DNA of 63,614 bases, filler included, from Perkinsus chesapeaki ATCC PRA-425 (GCA_013115145.1; 10 parts of 10 records of this genome joined end to end with filler, not necessarily neighbours in it); one strand, 5' to 3'. Positions 22,844 through 35,963 are shown, counted from the first letter of the whole stretch. Translations and numbers: made by a program. Notes: generated by a model from the sequence alone, not told the origin.

Positions 22844-25539
22844 TCACTTTCTTCTGAACTCCCCATGTGTGAGGCAAGAACTTCCGCTACCGTCATCAAT
22901 TTCTGGACTGCACGGTGGGCGAAATTGCTGATCGGTGAGTGACTTCTGTAAAGGTATCAATGAATAAACCCACCGTATATCTGTGATCCGCTGCCGGTTT
23001 CTACGGTAATACTTCTCATGCAAATCACGAAAGTACCTGAACTTGTCTAAACCAGAAGTCCCGCCCAATTTGGGTTGGCTCACGAATGCGACCAACCCGA
23101 TATCTGAGCCTGCATTTCATCGTCTCGATTTTGGATTATAGTTACATGATGCTCGTTGAGATTGGCGCCTATGAAACCCCATATAGCGATTCTTCCAGGC
23201 GAAGCACAAAGACAACCCACATGCCGTCATCAGGTCCTCTTTGTTTGACAAGGCAGCAATCCTGGCGCTATCGGTCACTAAGTCCATACCCGGAACAGTG
23301 ACAGAGATTCTTCGACTCTAAGGCGGCCAATAAGCCGTCCGAGACTCCTCTATGGCTCACCGCGGTGCCCTCTCTGGGTGAGTTCCCTGCCTTATAAGGT
23401 TCTTCTTCACCTGTCCAATAACAGCTACATCTTTCTAGCCACGTGTAATAGAATAGCACCAAGAGATTCCGACGCTAATAAGGGGTGCGTTCCAGCGGCG
23501 AAAGACTCCAACTCTGAGCAGGCGGCTTCTAGCAAGTCTTGATAAAAATTCTGCGAACACCAAATGAAGTTGGTAGTTTCAATCAACCAACCTTCTCAAG
23601 CTCCTCCAGTGCTCTATAGAAATCAGAGCCTTTATCACTGATTGCTCGTATGCTGTCTTGAACTGCTACCTCAAAGTAATCGATAGCTTCTTGCATCGAC
23701 TCCTGTGTGACATTAGGGTCAGGTAGTCTCGGCGAAGACGTTCGTCACTTGCAGGCTGATTTCCAGTAACATGAGTTTCTTAGTAAGCGCCTCAAGTTCG
23801 GTGGTTCCTGAGCCGCATTTACTCCAGCTCAAACTCCAGGAAGGCTCGAAGCCCACCAAGATCAACCAGATGCTTCTCGCACATTTGTAGCTGTTCCACG
23901 TCTTCTACTCTCTCGCTTTCTTCTAACGCTGAGTTGAGCGCTGCAAACACAAACGTCGTTCGCGATCCAAGCAGCTGCCAACCTGCAGAGTATTCCTTTA
24001 GCAATTTGTTTGCTTCTCCCTCGGACTCTCCAAGCCCTTCCGAGGCAGCTCGATGAAAGTGGTGCGTCATGTTAGTTCTAATGCTATTCTTCTCCAAGAC
24101 TTCCTATACATACACGCGGCTCGAGAAGCGGCGATCGTGCAGTATTCATGGGCGACCTTTCTCAGGGTCTTGATGAGCTCCGCCACTTTATCCTTGAAAT
24201 CTTCCTTCAAAACCGAATATCCGTGCAAAACGCGTACCTGCCCCTCCGACCGATTTTAGCGCCCCTATCAACATCTTACACAGAACGCCTCTGTCTCTTC
24301 CTCTCCTGTAAACATTTCGTCCAGCAACTGTGCAGTGGAGTCAAGGAAGCTATCCTTCAGGATATCCATCTGCTCCTTCTGGAATAATATCAATGTGAAT
24401 ATACTTGCGCTCACCAGCCTATCTTTCACCTTTCGTTGGTCCTCCTCCACTTTACGATTGAACCCTGCCTCCTTTTCTCGTAGTTCGGATAGCTCATCCA
24501 CCTGTTACCACTTTCAGTATGGCCACGAAAGTTGGCTATCACTACATGGTACGTTTCTAGCGCAGTCTGAGCTGTACTTCGATCGATGAGTACGTAGTCC
24601 AAGTACTTGAGTTGGCCTGTTTGGCCGAGGTACCTGAATACCGCTGGGAACTACTGAGCAGAGAAGCCTACGTGTAGACGTGTTGCTGGTAGTTAATGGA
24701 CTCGCACATGGGGTTGCCAGTTAAGCAAAGACATCTGAGGTTCCTGAATCTCCTCAGGTACTCGATGTGGCGTAGTTCTTTAATACGGTTACGTCCCAGA
24801 GAGAGAACCTTAACAGCTAAGTCACCATCAAAGGACTACAAGAGTCGCAAAGCTCCTCGCTCTTACAGTGAGCTCGGGGCAATTGTCCAATCCGTTGATT
24901 TCCGTAATAAGATTATTATACAGGGAGAGGTCTTTAAGCTTCGGTAGCTGAAGCGATAAGTACCAAACTGTGCAGAGCGCTTGATTTCCACCTTGTCAAG
25001 ACCTTCGATCTTAGAGATTTGATTGAAAGAAAGGTCAAGCCACAATAAATTGGGGAGATACTCAAGATTAGAAATCTTGTCAATGAAGTTGTTGTCGAGG
25101 TACAGAACCTTAGCATTGGGCGTGTTCCACCAAATACGAGCACGGTATCACTTCCAAATTCTGCAGGTTCACCAGATTTGAAATCCGCGATATACCACAG
25201 AAGCTTAGTCTCATCTTCGTCACCCGAGGAAAGACCTCAGTCGTTACTCTCGGAGGACCCGAATGTCTGGATGGGGGTGCTTCTGCAGCATCTGTGTCAT
25301 CACCTGTTTGGGCGAGCAAGACAATTGGAGAGCATCGCTGTCCGTACCAACCATATACAACGGCCCTTCCTTGATCACAGAGGCGTCCTACTAAAGAGTT
25401 CCAGATAGACTCCTCCTTGACGTACCTCGCGTTGATGCACAGCGCTGATGATATCGTCATCCTCAATACCAGCTAAGAGTAGATCTTCATCTATCACCCG
25501 AGGCTCGATAGGATGAGCCTTTCTTTTTCGTTCATCCAT
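22844..25539 (-). CDS. DRC3: Dynein regulatory complex subunit 3 (LRRC48), multi-exon
   Basis: [10 protein letters not shown]; [17 protein letters not shown]; [33 protein letters not shown]; [10 protein letters not shown]; LMLLEISLQ; [10 protein letters not shown]. These are collinear with DRC3/LRRC48 as recalled. Confidence 0.8.
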
Positions 25540-25602
25540 CTGAAAGACTAGGCTGCGGTACACCGAACATTCATCGATGTTCTCGCAAAAAATGATGATA
25601 AC

Positions 25603-28600
25603 CTAACAAGACTTTACTACCGCTATCTTAGCGACTCGGGTTTTCCCAAACTTGGACGCGGGTGATGCTGGAGGCAGATCTGGATGAGAAGGGAAATCGG
25701 GCTCCTCCTCTTTCTCCTCCTCTTTCTCCTCTTCCTCCTCCTCTTCCGCCTCCTCTTTCTCCTGTTCTTCTTCCTGTGCATTCTCTTCAACTGCTGGTTC
25801 GACTAGAGCCGGGGTTTCATCCGCCTTGTCTGCTTCCGTGTCTGCCTCTTCGACGAGCTCCGCAGGACTGTCTTCGACCAGCTCGGGCGGAGGTGGCGGT
25901 GCCTCTTCCGGAGGTGGCGCGGTGTCTTCGACGTCCACGGAAGGCGGACACATCAATGTACCACACTTAAATGACTCTGCTACCCAATGGGACCTCATTG
26001 AGTTACTAACTCAGGGAATGGTATTCAAATGGTAGGAAACGTGTGTCGAAGTTAGACATTGACTGGGAGAGGGGTTATCTACTCCTTGGTCTTCCGGGCC
26101 TTCTCAGGCGGAGGCTGCGAATACATCTCCTCTCGCTCTCGCTTCCGCTGCTCAGAAACCNNNNNNNNNNNNNNNNNNNNNNNNNNNNNNNNNNNNNNNN
26201 NNNNTTAATTAATTAANNNNNNNNNNNNNNNNNNNNNNNNNNNNNNNNNNNNNNNNNNNNGTGATATGTCGCTAAGATACTTAAGCGCGCTACTGTATCA
26301 TACTAGCACCTTTACTTAAATTTATAAGTTAGTCACAACTTCATTAACCACAACCACTATAGTTGTGTTCTTAATATTGGCACACCAGCACTCTACGAGG
26401 AACGCAACACTAGGTTGAATACTAGTAGCCAACTACTCCAAACGAGGCAATGATTGACCCAGTCTCGTTTAGAAACCTTGTGAAGTTGTAGGCACGTTCA
26501 CGTTATATAGATCATGATCATATGGACTCATCCGGCAGAGACTTTTCGTTCATTAGTTCGAACCAGACTTCTTTCAGGTAGTTTTTTATGAGGTTTTGGA
26601 AGGTCGAATCGAACATTTCGAGGTCGGTACTGGCTGCTGGTGTTTTGTTGGGCGTACAATCCCTAAGTTGAGAAGCAACATTACTTTTCAAGGAGTTCTT
26701 TCTTAGTAGTAAAATCGACCGTGAAGCCACTGCAAACCTCGGGGTAGCCCCACCTATCTTGGGAGAGCCTGGACAGGTTCGTTAACGATCCCAAATCAGG
26801 ATGTTCGATTGCCGAGATAACACCCCCCAAGTGGCGTTCGCTTGGGGTAACCTGAACGAAAGTAGAACTGCTGACTTCAATATCTGACGACCTGCTCCGT
26901 GATAGATGGCTAGATGGAGCTCGGCTCACCGAGCGATGGTCGCTTCGTGATCCATTAGAAAAAGATCAACAACGTACCTCTTCTCCATCCAGATTATTGA
27001 GCTGTGGTACGCATGATACCACGGCGGCACGATAAGTTTCCCGCGCCTCGTCGTTGTTACACTGGATATCGAGCAGGTCGTTATTTCCTTCTTCGTGGTG
27101 AATGACCAGAGTATCCAGTTTGGGGCAAACTTGCGCCAGAAGGCGCAGGAGTTCCCAAAACTGCATAAGACGTTCTCGATCGATCTTGTTTAGACGATTG
27201 TGTGACAAGTGGATAGATGTCAATGCACCAAACTGAGAGCAAAAGGGAGAAGCCGCAACTTCAGAAGCACTTCTGTGAAATATAACCGAAGGGAGTTCAG
27301 AAACTCGACGAATTAGATTCGATTCCCAAGCGGAGATATATCGACCTTGTTAGCATATAAGGCTAGACTGGGCAGTTTAGAAGTGTGGCTACATAGTGCC
27401 ACTCCGACAGTAATTAGGACAGAGCTTACGGGGATGAAGGCTCCACATAGATTGTGATATAATAATAATGTTTTACCTCGGCCAGATTTCGCTTGAACTT
27501 ATCATCCACAAGTAAATGCTCAAGGGTAATGTAGTTGAGGCTTAATGACACCACGTTTTGCTTGTACTCTTTCCTATCTAAAGCATCCAAACCTCTACCG
27601 TATATTCTTAACTCCCATGATTCCTCACGCTTCACATACCCATACCTAGACAGGCCCGTGGCCAAACGTCGCTTGGCGCCTGGAAGATAGACTCGGATGT
27701 CAACTCACTTCAGGTGCGGGAGTCTCTCTTCTTCAAGTGCTCGCTGCCACTCGGTCACAACCTCGTTCATGACCTACAAACCCGACTGTTACTCAGCTGC
27801 ATGCCAAAGATCTGTCTCCATCGAGAGGATAGTCTGGTGTGTTGTAGTGTAAGCCAGATTCCGGAAGTTGTATTCTACTAAAAGGCATATCCNNNNNNNN
27901 NNNNNNNNNNNNNNNNNNNNNNNNNNNNNNNNNNNNNNNNNNNNNNNNNNNNNNNNNNNNNNNNNNNNNNNNNNNNNNNNNNNNNNNNNGCCATCGAGAG
28001 GATAGTCTGGTGTGTTGTAGTGTAAGCCAGATTCCGGAAGTTGTATTCTACTAAAAGGCATATCCAAGAGGAACTTTCCCAGTAGTGTGTGTTCAAACGA
28101 TTCCACTGAGTTTCCAGTCGCTTAGCAGTTTGCACTTGTATTCACGCTCAGTGTGATTCAACGTGTAGCTTTCCAATCCCCGCTGAGATGCTGCTTTAGC
28201 GCCATATATCTATTGCGTACGCTACGAAACTCGTCTCACTTGCTCTCGATCAAGGTTTTGCGTCTTGGTCTGATACCCCGTGGATGGCTGTCGTATATCC
28301 GAGGCCGCATCGTCCTGAGGTCACACCACAGAATATTCTCAGTAGTAACAGTTTGCTTGTTAGTGTTTAATATTTAGCCTAGACAAGGGAAGCTAGTTGT
28401 TCGGCAATGGCCTCTCACCTTGGCAACTTGACTACTTTCAAGAGTTAGGTCCGTTTGTTCCTGTTGCATCATTGAGGTCAGTGCGTATGAGTTACTCAGA
28501 GGATTGAGTGATAGGTTAACTGGGAGAGTAGATATGTTCAGGAACTAGTAAATCAACAAGCAAAGCCTCAGAAGAAAAATCCTGATTCTGTACTGCCGAG

Positions 28601-29186
28601 ACAATCGTCGTCTTCACTCAACCGCCGAACCTTGCGACTCTCTGCTATCTGAAAATCACCGCCGATACGTCTCTTGTATAGCAGGTCAGATGCGACATAA
28701 AGTGGAGTAGCAGGGATATGTTTCGCTTACAGGAACGCCTTCTAGGCCATCCTCGTCCAGTTCGGTAATCTTGGTTTTCTTAGCTCTTCGTATAGGGCAA
28801 TCATTTGCACTTTTCTTTGATCGCTTCTCTTGACGATCACCCAACCTGTTCAGAAATATCCACAGACCGCTAACCGGCGTCGGCCGAATAATAGTGAAAG
28901 TGCACACGCTGTTATGAGACCCCAGAATGGCGCCCTTCACACGCGAGCTATCACTAGAAAGAATCCATTTCTGGCCCCAGGACGCTACACTATGATAGCA
29001 GTGACTGCTAAGCAGTCTCGACCTACCCATTCCGTTTCTGACTCTGCCGCCGTGCATTTCTGGTTCGTAGCTGCTGTAGCTGTTCCCGCTTCCACTGCAT
29101 TTCGTGCAGCTTCGCTTGGAGTTTTCTCGTGTATTCTGCCTGCTCAGTTCTCCTATCATCGACCGCCGATAGGATAAATCCGACAA
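25603..29186 (-). CDS. Multi-exon LRR protein, LRRC49-like, with an acidic/Pro-rich C-terminus (bounds approximate, spans gaps)
   Basis: LRIYGRGLDALD..VVSLSLNYITLEHL resembles the LRRC49 C-terminal region. LRR-cap-like YRAAVVSCVPQLNNLDGEEV, and an E-rich tail at 25603-25970. Confidence 0.45.
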
Positions 29187-29925
29187 TGCGTTCCACCCGC
29201 TCCTGAGTAAAACATGGCTCCTGGTGGTGGTGTTACCAATTCCATGTTAAATTAGCATTAACCACAGCCCCCTCCAGTCCCAGCGAGTCACATGCACTGT
29301 GTTCATCGCGAATGTGATGAAGAAATATCAACAGTACCCCATGACAATACAACCCTACACGACACACCTTGATGTTAGTAGTGCACTGTCCCATCACACA
29401 ATTGTCGGATGACTACGCAACTAGAGCCTCCATCTTCATAACTGTCCTTCTATCCTGTGCATTTCTCCCTTTGTTTAGTGTTAACTTTGCTTTTGCGGAT
29501 TCAGTGCATTAGTTTCATGAAAGCTACTCATTCTATAGCTGTAGAAGCACGTGCCGGCGGCGGCGGTCTCAAAAATAGTCTTTCCAAGCGGAGCGATGCG
29601 AATATTATCAAGTATGGTTATCAGGTTAATGTGTTGCCCTCACCTTATCATCATTAAGTGCTGCATGCCTAATTGCTTGCAATAGGCCCTGACCGGCCTT
29701 GTGTGCTTTAGCCATCGCTAGCATGTAGTCTCCAGATGATTCGACAAATGCTTCAGCGGTCTAATGAAAACGAGTTCCGATAAAGAAGCGCCATCTCAAA
29801 GTAATGAAACTGTTCTTAAGAACACCACTAATGAAGCAGTAGCCATCGACTGTGTCGAAATTGAGCTTACTCTCGTGACCCTTACTTGTTTCCATGCCTC
29901 CTGCACAATTCTTTGGCAGTCCAGC

Positions 29926-30720
29926 TTATCGATTAACTTCGCTGCCCCAGCGGCTCTGTCGATGTTCCTCGAAATAGTGCGGGACATCTCTTCCGCCTGC
30001 AGCAGCGTAACCGTCAAACCCTATTGCCTGTGAAGTTGCCCAAACTTCTCTTTCTCTGGAGAATGCCGAGCTAGGTTCCCTGGTAGTGCTCACGAACAGT
30101 AACGAAAACACCCGAGGCCAGTTAGCCGACCGGCTGAGTAGTCGAGCCCGGGTGGCGGTCGAATGACCACACCAGGCCGAAACAAAAGAATAGGCCGTGA
30201 TGAACAAGACGAAATTGAGTATATTCAACAACTTGACAATGACAAGCCAATTGGCACCATCACATGATGAACTCTGCAACCAAATAAATTTTCACGTGAG
30301 AATTTATGGGCTAACCTAGTCAAAGTCCCTCACTGGCAAGTTGGATGAGTTGAATTGTCACTTGACCGATCTATACATTGGCCAGTGTGACAGCCTACCT
30401 TAGTCTCATCCCGAGCACGCTCTCGTTCGCTTTTAGCATTTTCACAAGCTACTCGATCAAGCTCTTCAAGGAGCTGCCGCTTCCGCCTTTCCGCTTCCTG
30501 CAAGCTCTTCAATAGACTCTAAAAATAGTGCGAAATTTTTTAAAAGACAAATGATCGAATACACAGGGCTGCCATCGTAGCCTCCAGATTTGCCCAGTTT
30601 TGGCCGGTGACCGACCAGGAGCATTACGAATAAATATATCACAGTGATATTATCACTCACTTTCTTCTCCGATTTCACCAGCTTCATCTTGGCATATGCT
30701 TCGAGAGCTGCTTGCCGCAG
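29926..30720 (-). CDS. Multi-exon coiled-coil protein with a C-terminal hydrophobic segment
   Basis: Spliced exons ELRQAALEAYAKMKLVKSEKK | LQEAERRKRQLLEELDRVACENAK | NWLVIVKLLNILNFVLFITAYSFVSAW. Confidence 0.35.
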
Positions 30721-31882
30721 CTCCCCTTCATCATCTGATCAGCACCTCCGTGATCAATAGCTATTTTGTATGTACCTTGGCTGGCTGCGATGGTGGATGC
30801 AGGGGTGTTCGGATGGCCGAAAGTGATATAGAAACTGAAAGTACGTTGAGTTAAGCGTGGCAAGCTATTAGTTTTGTTAGATGACTCATTTAGTGACGAC
30901 TATGGACTATGGTGGCCTTGGAAGTCAGCACCGGAAATTGTTAAATAATAAGCGCAGAGGCGCATTTAACCTGGCTAGGGCAATCCCAGAACTGCAGTAT
31001 AAACTTAATCACACTAACCGGGGAGAGCCGGGAGGATGTCGCAGAAGCCGGTCTGTAGCGATCTGCTTACCTCAGGTAGTCTGCCTCGACATCCTCGATA
31101 GGTTTGTTGCATTTGGGGCATCGGTCGTTCACAGATGATGCGCATCTTGCATGGAAAAGATGCCCACAGCGGAGCCCTGACATACTATATACCAATCAGT
31201 GCTCACATGACATCAGCGCTCGGGCAGCCGAATCTCTCATAGAGCCAAGAGTTTTGTGATTGCAGCCTTTTATAAGTGTTTTAAGAGCCGCTCAGGAAAG
31301 CTGTCACCTGTTATGTTGCTCTTTAATTGCCCTTTGCATTTGCTGCATACAATGACTGCTGAAGCAGCCGTGCTGTTGGTAGATTCTCGTGTCTTCTGCA
31401 TTCCCTCATCCGAGGTCAAATCGATTGTCATTTAATGAGAGTGTTTAAATCGTACTATGTAACAAGCTTATCATAATAACAACTGGCAACAAGCAGTCTC
31501 AGTACAGCGCGGATAACTTACTAATTCAGTCCTACTAGATATACGCACACTTTTGAAACCAAACGGAATTACTCGAAGTCCGACTTGATATCCTCGGAAA
31601 ATAAATGAGAAGTAAAATGATAAGAATAAGCCATTCGCTCGGTCCGAAGCCTGATTGTCGGGTGAGTCACTCGGAGTGATGTAAGCTTTTCATTTTTTCA
31701 ATTGCAATCCCTTAATTTGACTATCAAATTCATATCAAAGTTTGATATCAAGGTAATAAAGCTGCCACTTGCTTGGTTAGGGAAGAGCAAGCTGACAAGA
31801 CAATGCAAGGCCTAAGGTCTACACTGACTAACTAACTGACTGACTAACTCATCACTATCGAAAACCGTTATTGGAATGGAAT

Positions 31883-31955
31883 GAGTTTCAGCTCAATACG
31901 TTAAGCATGTCAGTCATCACTCGAACGACCCTGGTTCGAATGCCGCAAGAAACCT
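31883..31955 (+). other. Degenerate tRNA-like sequence (73 nt)
   Basis: GAGTTTC-AGCTCAA...AAGC...CTGGTTCGAATGCCG..GAAACCT followed by TTTT. A-box- and B-box-like elements and a partly pairing acceptor stem are present; the anticodon stem does not pair. Confidence 0.35.
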
Positions 31956-33390
31956 TTTTCGGGTTTTTCCTCGACATCCTTATCTGGCGAGCTCCGCCCC
32001 TTCACCCTGAAGATCTAGTTATTATAATGATATTGACAGAACTTTATTATTTTCATACTAATAATTCTCAACGGAACATTAACAGTAGTATTCAGATATT
32101 ATCATCTGAATACTAAAAACGCTTCGGCTTTGGAGCTCAACCACAGAGCTCCAGGGCATGGAGCCGATCCTTGGTGACCATACAGAATACGATCGGGATA
32201 AGTGAAGTGATAAGCTCAATGGTGAGCCGATCTACCCTCTCACGGTATACCACTATCTTAGTGGCTATATTCGTCGGATATTTCACACGACCGAATCGGA
32301 TAAATGCGTGCTGGTCGGAAATAATTGTGATCAAACCCGCAAGTTCCTGCCCACGAAGCTTAGAGTTGTTTAGTCGATTCGGATCACGATAATCCTATCT
32401 CAGCTTAAGTAGAAAGACATCGTGATAATATTCGCGAATAAGTCAGAACCGTGTTTAGCGGTTTTCGAGGTGCTCCGCTGCTTCTTATGCGGTTCTCGTG
32501 ACGCGCAGAAACACGTCACCGAGCACCAAACAGTTACTATACCGCGGGTATACGCAATATACTCCACCTCCAGTTCTACCGGGGAGACGCACTCGCGGCA
32601 TAGTATTGCCGCAATAGTAACAGCTAACAGAAAAGAGGGTCCGTTGGGTGTGTGACTCACACAGTGTGAGTGGGACCTTCGCCCCACCCTTGTGCATGCG
32701 TGCAAACTATTCCGAGCACGTCGCTGGCATCCATAGAACGGAATATGAATGCTAACTAAGGGGATACTAGTTTATGAACTTCTGCTGACCTTGATCATGA
32801 TGAGTTGTCGCCATGCTCACTATAACAGGCCAACAAAGAGAACCCAGCTCAACTAACAAACCAGTCCTGGAAAGTCTCTCGTGACGCTCGACCTCTACCT
32901 TATTCTGTACGCAGAGTAGCCGATGCTGCATAGATTGCAATGGTGTATCCTCTGCTTCTATCGGGGATATCGGAAATGTAGCTTCTCTAGTAGAGCGGCT
33001 CTAGGGAGAGTTATTGCCGATAACCTTATCCCCCCTTCATTATGTGCGCCTGTTTTATACTTTGCTGGGCCCTGCCGAGTCGGCAGTGCCGACGACGCCG
33101 TTGTGTATGCGTGCAGACTATCTCGAGCATGAGATATGTCTCACATTCTGTGTCAAGGGCAATTGCCACAAAGGCTCAATACACGGCCCCCTTTCCGATA
33201 ATTCCGGTCCCTCACGTGGCACCCATAACTGCGGCCCCCCGACCTAGCCTGCATGTTTTAAGAGCTGCCTACTTGCCGAAACGATGCCCTCAAAGAGCAA
33301 AGTTTCGGCAAGTACCAAGAGGCTGGCTCATTGGGAAGTACGGCTGAACTGTATCTTGCGAACGTCAATTGTTTGTGATGACGCTTTTTC

Positions 33391-34890
33391 ATGGCAAGTT
33401 TTCCGTCTCATATGTCTTCTGCCCTCCCTCTGCTACGACAAAATAAGAAGGCGAAAAGCGCCTCTCAATCGAAGCGGGGACTGAGAGGTTTCTCCCTGGC
33501 TTCTCTAATGTGTCGTCCGTCTCTCATCCGTGGCCCTGAGGATAATGCTGCTGCCCATAAGATGTCAGCTCCAGTCGACTCCCTTGATATTTTCGTCAGC
33601 CATGCTTGGTCTGATAATGGGCTGTGGAAGCAGATTGCCCTTTTTTTCTGCTGTAGTCCACCTATCGCATATAAAGCTACAATCTTGTTATCTACTCTGG
33701 AAGCCTGGTTTCTGTGGGATCCAAGATGGTTTTATCCGTCTAGAGCATACACAGCTGCCGTCATTTCACTTGGTTTTGCAACATTTGTATTATGTACCAT
33801 TCTATTTACAGTATATAGGCATCGCGACACTATGGTATTTTTTGACAAGTGTTGTATAAATCAAACAGATCCCGCAGCAAAGGCTCGAGATATCTCAAGG
33901 ATACCCGATTACCTTCAAAACTCCAACAAGCTCATCATTCTCTGGACCCCCGATTATCTGAACCGTCTATGGTGTGTTTACGAGTTAGCCGTGTTCATGC
34001 GAACCCATGAGACCAAAGACGTCATTGTGGTGAATCTCGGTCATATCAGGCTATGTATGTATGTAATGGCAGTTCAACTACTCGGTATGGTTTCCAAATG
34101 GTCTCTACTGCAGCTCAGCAACACCCATGAGTCTCGTATTTCCCTGTTTTATAATGCCTGCCAAGTCATTGTCAGCTGTATACTGGTGACCCGTGGAGCT
34201 CAACACTGTTCCGAGGAGTGGACTACCTTTAGAGCGCGGTTGAAGTCGTTTGATGTTAGCCTAGCCCAGTGTACATTACGCGACGACTACGATAGACTGA
34301 CGCAGCTAATCCGCGAAATGTATGGTTCCGAGGTCAACTTCGCTGCATCAGTGAGGCATCTCCATTTTAGAGAGGAGCAAGATGAGCGAGCACCAATGTG
34401 GTTTCTATCCCAAACATCATGGAGAATCATGTCTGCCCCGTTTGTGCCTGCTATAGCGGAAGCTGCCATCTCAGTATTCTTGATTGTCTTCACGGTGGAG
34501 TCGAAGCCATTGATGAAGATTGTCCCATACGCATCTGCTTTAGAACTGCCAAGCACTGTGACGACACTTGCATGGGCGATTCGCACACGGCTCCTACCTG
34601 TACTATTACAATCTTTCCAAGTTCCCTTGATGTTGTCCTTAGCCAATAAACTGGCGGGACAGCGGCTGGTTCTCGCAGGTATCCAGTATACTCTTGCATT
34701 CATGTTATTCACATGGTTGTCCAGAGCCTCTTGTGGGTTGGGCATTTTTCATATCCCGGTATCCGAAGGCACGGTGCAAGGACCCTTTCATGAAGCTTCG
34801 TGGCTTCTAGTCGGGTTGTCAACGTTATGGGTTATCTGGTCGATCTCAAAGTGGTCTTATTCCTCAAGGCTGCCTAATATCATATCTTGA
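33391..34890 (+). CDS. Multi-pass membrane protein with a TIR-like domain interrupted by transmembrane helices, intronless
   Basis: 499 aa: DIFVSHAWSD, two TM helices, then VFFDKCCINQTD, LIILWTPDYLNRLWCVYELAVF, and several further hydrophobic helices. Confidence 0.7.
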   Translation: MASFPSHMSSALPLLRQNKKAKSASQSKRGLRGFSLASLMCRPSLIRGPEDNAAAHKMSAPVDSLDIFVSHAWSDNGLWKQIALFFCCSPPIAYKATILLSTLEAWFLWDPRWFYPSRAYTAAVISLGFATFVLCTILFTVYRHRDTMVFFDKCCINQTDPAAKARDISRIPDYLQNSNKLIILWTPDYLNRLWCVYELAVFMRTHETKDVIVVNLGHIRLCMYVMAVQLLGMVSKWSLLQLSNTHESRISLFYNACQVIVSCILVTRGAQHCSEEWTTFRARLKSFDVSLAQCTLRDDYDRLTQLIREMYGSEVNFAASVRHLHFREEQDERAPMWFLSQTSWRIMSAPFVPAIAEAAISVFLIVFTVESKPLMKIVPYASALELPSTVTTLAWAIRTRLLPVLLQSFQVPLMLSLANKLAGQRLVLAGIQYTLAFMLFTWLSRASCGLGIFHIPVSEGTVQGPFHEASWLLVGLSTLWVIWSISKWSYSSRLPNIIS

Positions 34891-35417
34891 CCTTGCCAGT
34901 TTTTGGGATGCTTGTTACACGCTTCGAGCATTCCTTGATATATAAGTTCATTGGGAGCGGGAGCGTGCTTAAGCACGATAGAACTGGGAGATTATCTTAG
35001 TCACTTTGGTATGTGTCTCATACAATGTGTCAGTACTCTTTCGTTGAAGCATTCCTATTATAGGAGACCCATATATCCGTCATCAGCCTTATCGTGCAGG
35101 TCACATTGGATTCTTGTCGTCGACAATGATCACTCATGATTGGTGAGCTGTGAAGTGGCGATAGGTTAGGGTCGAACTTTGTTTGGAGTGTCACGTTGTT
35201 GCGTTGAAGGCAAGTTGAACTGGTAACCAATGAGGACTGAGGGTTGGGTATATTTGCTAGTATGTTACCAGTACTGCGGGTCCAGTAGCCTATCCCGAAC
35301 CCAGAGGGCGTCCCGGAACAGTATCCTCGAGGCATGTATGCGGCAGACGATATGGCCGATAAATCTGTGGACATACTGGGAGCAGATGATCCTCCCGTTG
35401 GATGGCTACAAATGCGC

Positions 35418-35471
35418 TCTTTGTGCCTGTACTTAATCTCAGGCGCCTGAGATTAAGTACAGGCACAAAGA
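35418..35471. repeat. Perfect 54-bp palindrome with no loop
   Basis: TCTTTGTGCCTGTACTTAATCTCAGGC|GCCTGAGATTAAGTACAGGCACAAAGA. Confidence 0.92.
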
Positions 35472-35478
35472 TTCACAG

Positions 35479-35810
35479 ATATTCTCTTCCTCCTGAGATC
35501 TCCCCTTGCCGCGCTACATTTGCCAGTTCTACAACAACTCGAACGTAACAGCATATCGCCAATCACGAGGAAGGATTTCTCAACATATCGAACATATTCT
35601 CTTCCTCCTGAGATCTCCCCTTGCCGCGCTACATTTGCCAGTTCTACAACAACTCGAACGTAACAGCNNNNNNNNNNNNNNNNNNNNNNNNNNNNNNNNN
35701 NNNNNNNNNNNNNNNNNNNNNNNNNNNNNNNNNNNNNNNNNNNNNNNNNNNNNNNNNNNNTAACAGCATATCGCCAATCACGAGGAAGGATTTCTCAACA
35801 TATCGAACAT
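35479..35810 (+). repeat. 115-bp tandem duplication around an N gap, probably assembly stutter
   Basis: Copies start at 35479 and 35594, the second runs into the gap, and the unit resumes at 35761. Confidence 0.8.
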
Positions 35811-35963
35811 TTCACTTCATTCCGAAATATGATAGGTAGCTTTCCGCGCTATGTAGGCGACTAGCTCGCAGTACGATGTAACTCCTTTTGGCTGCACTAA
35901 TTGATATCATAACTTGAGTGAATCTTTCGGCATCACCGGAGTCGTAACCGACATCTCGGTGAA

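Noticed and set aside
27818-28065. 75-bp direct repeat on both sides of an N gap
   Set aside because: Typical unmerged contig overlap; assembly artefact.
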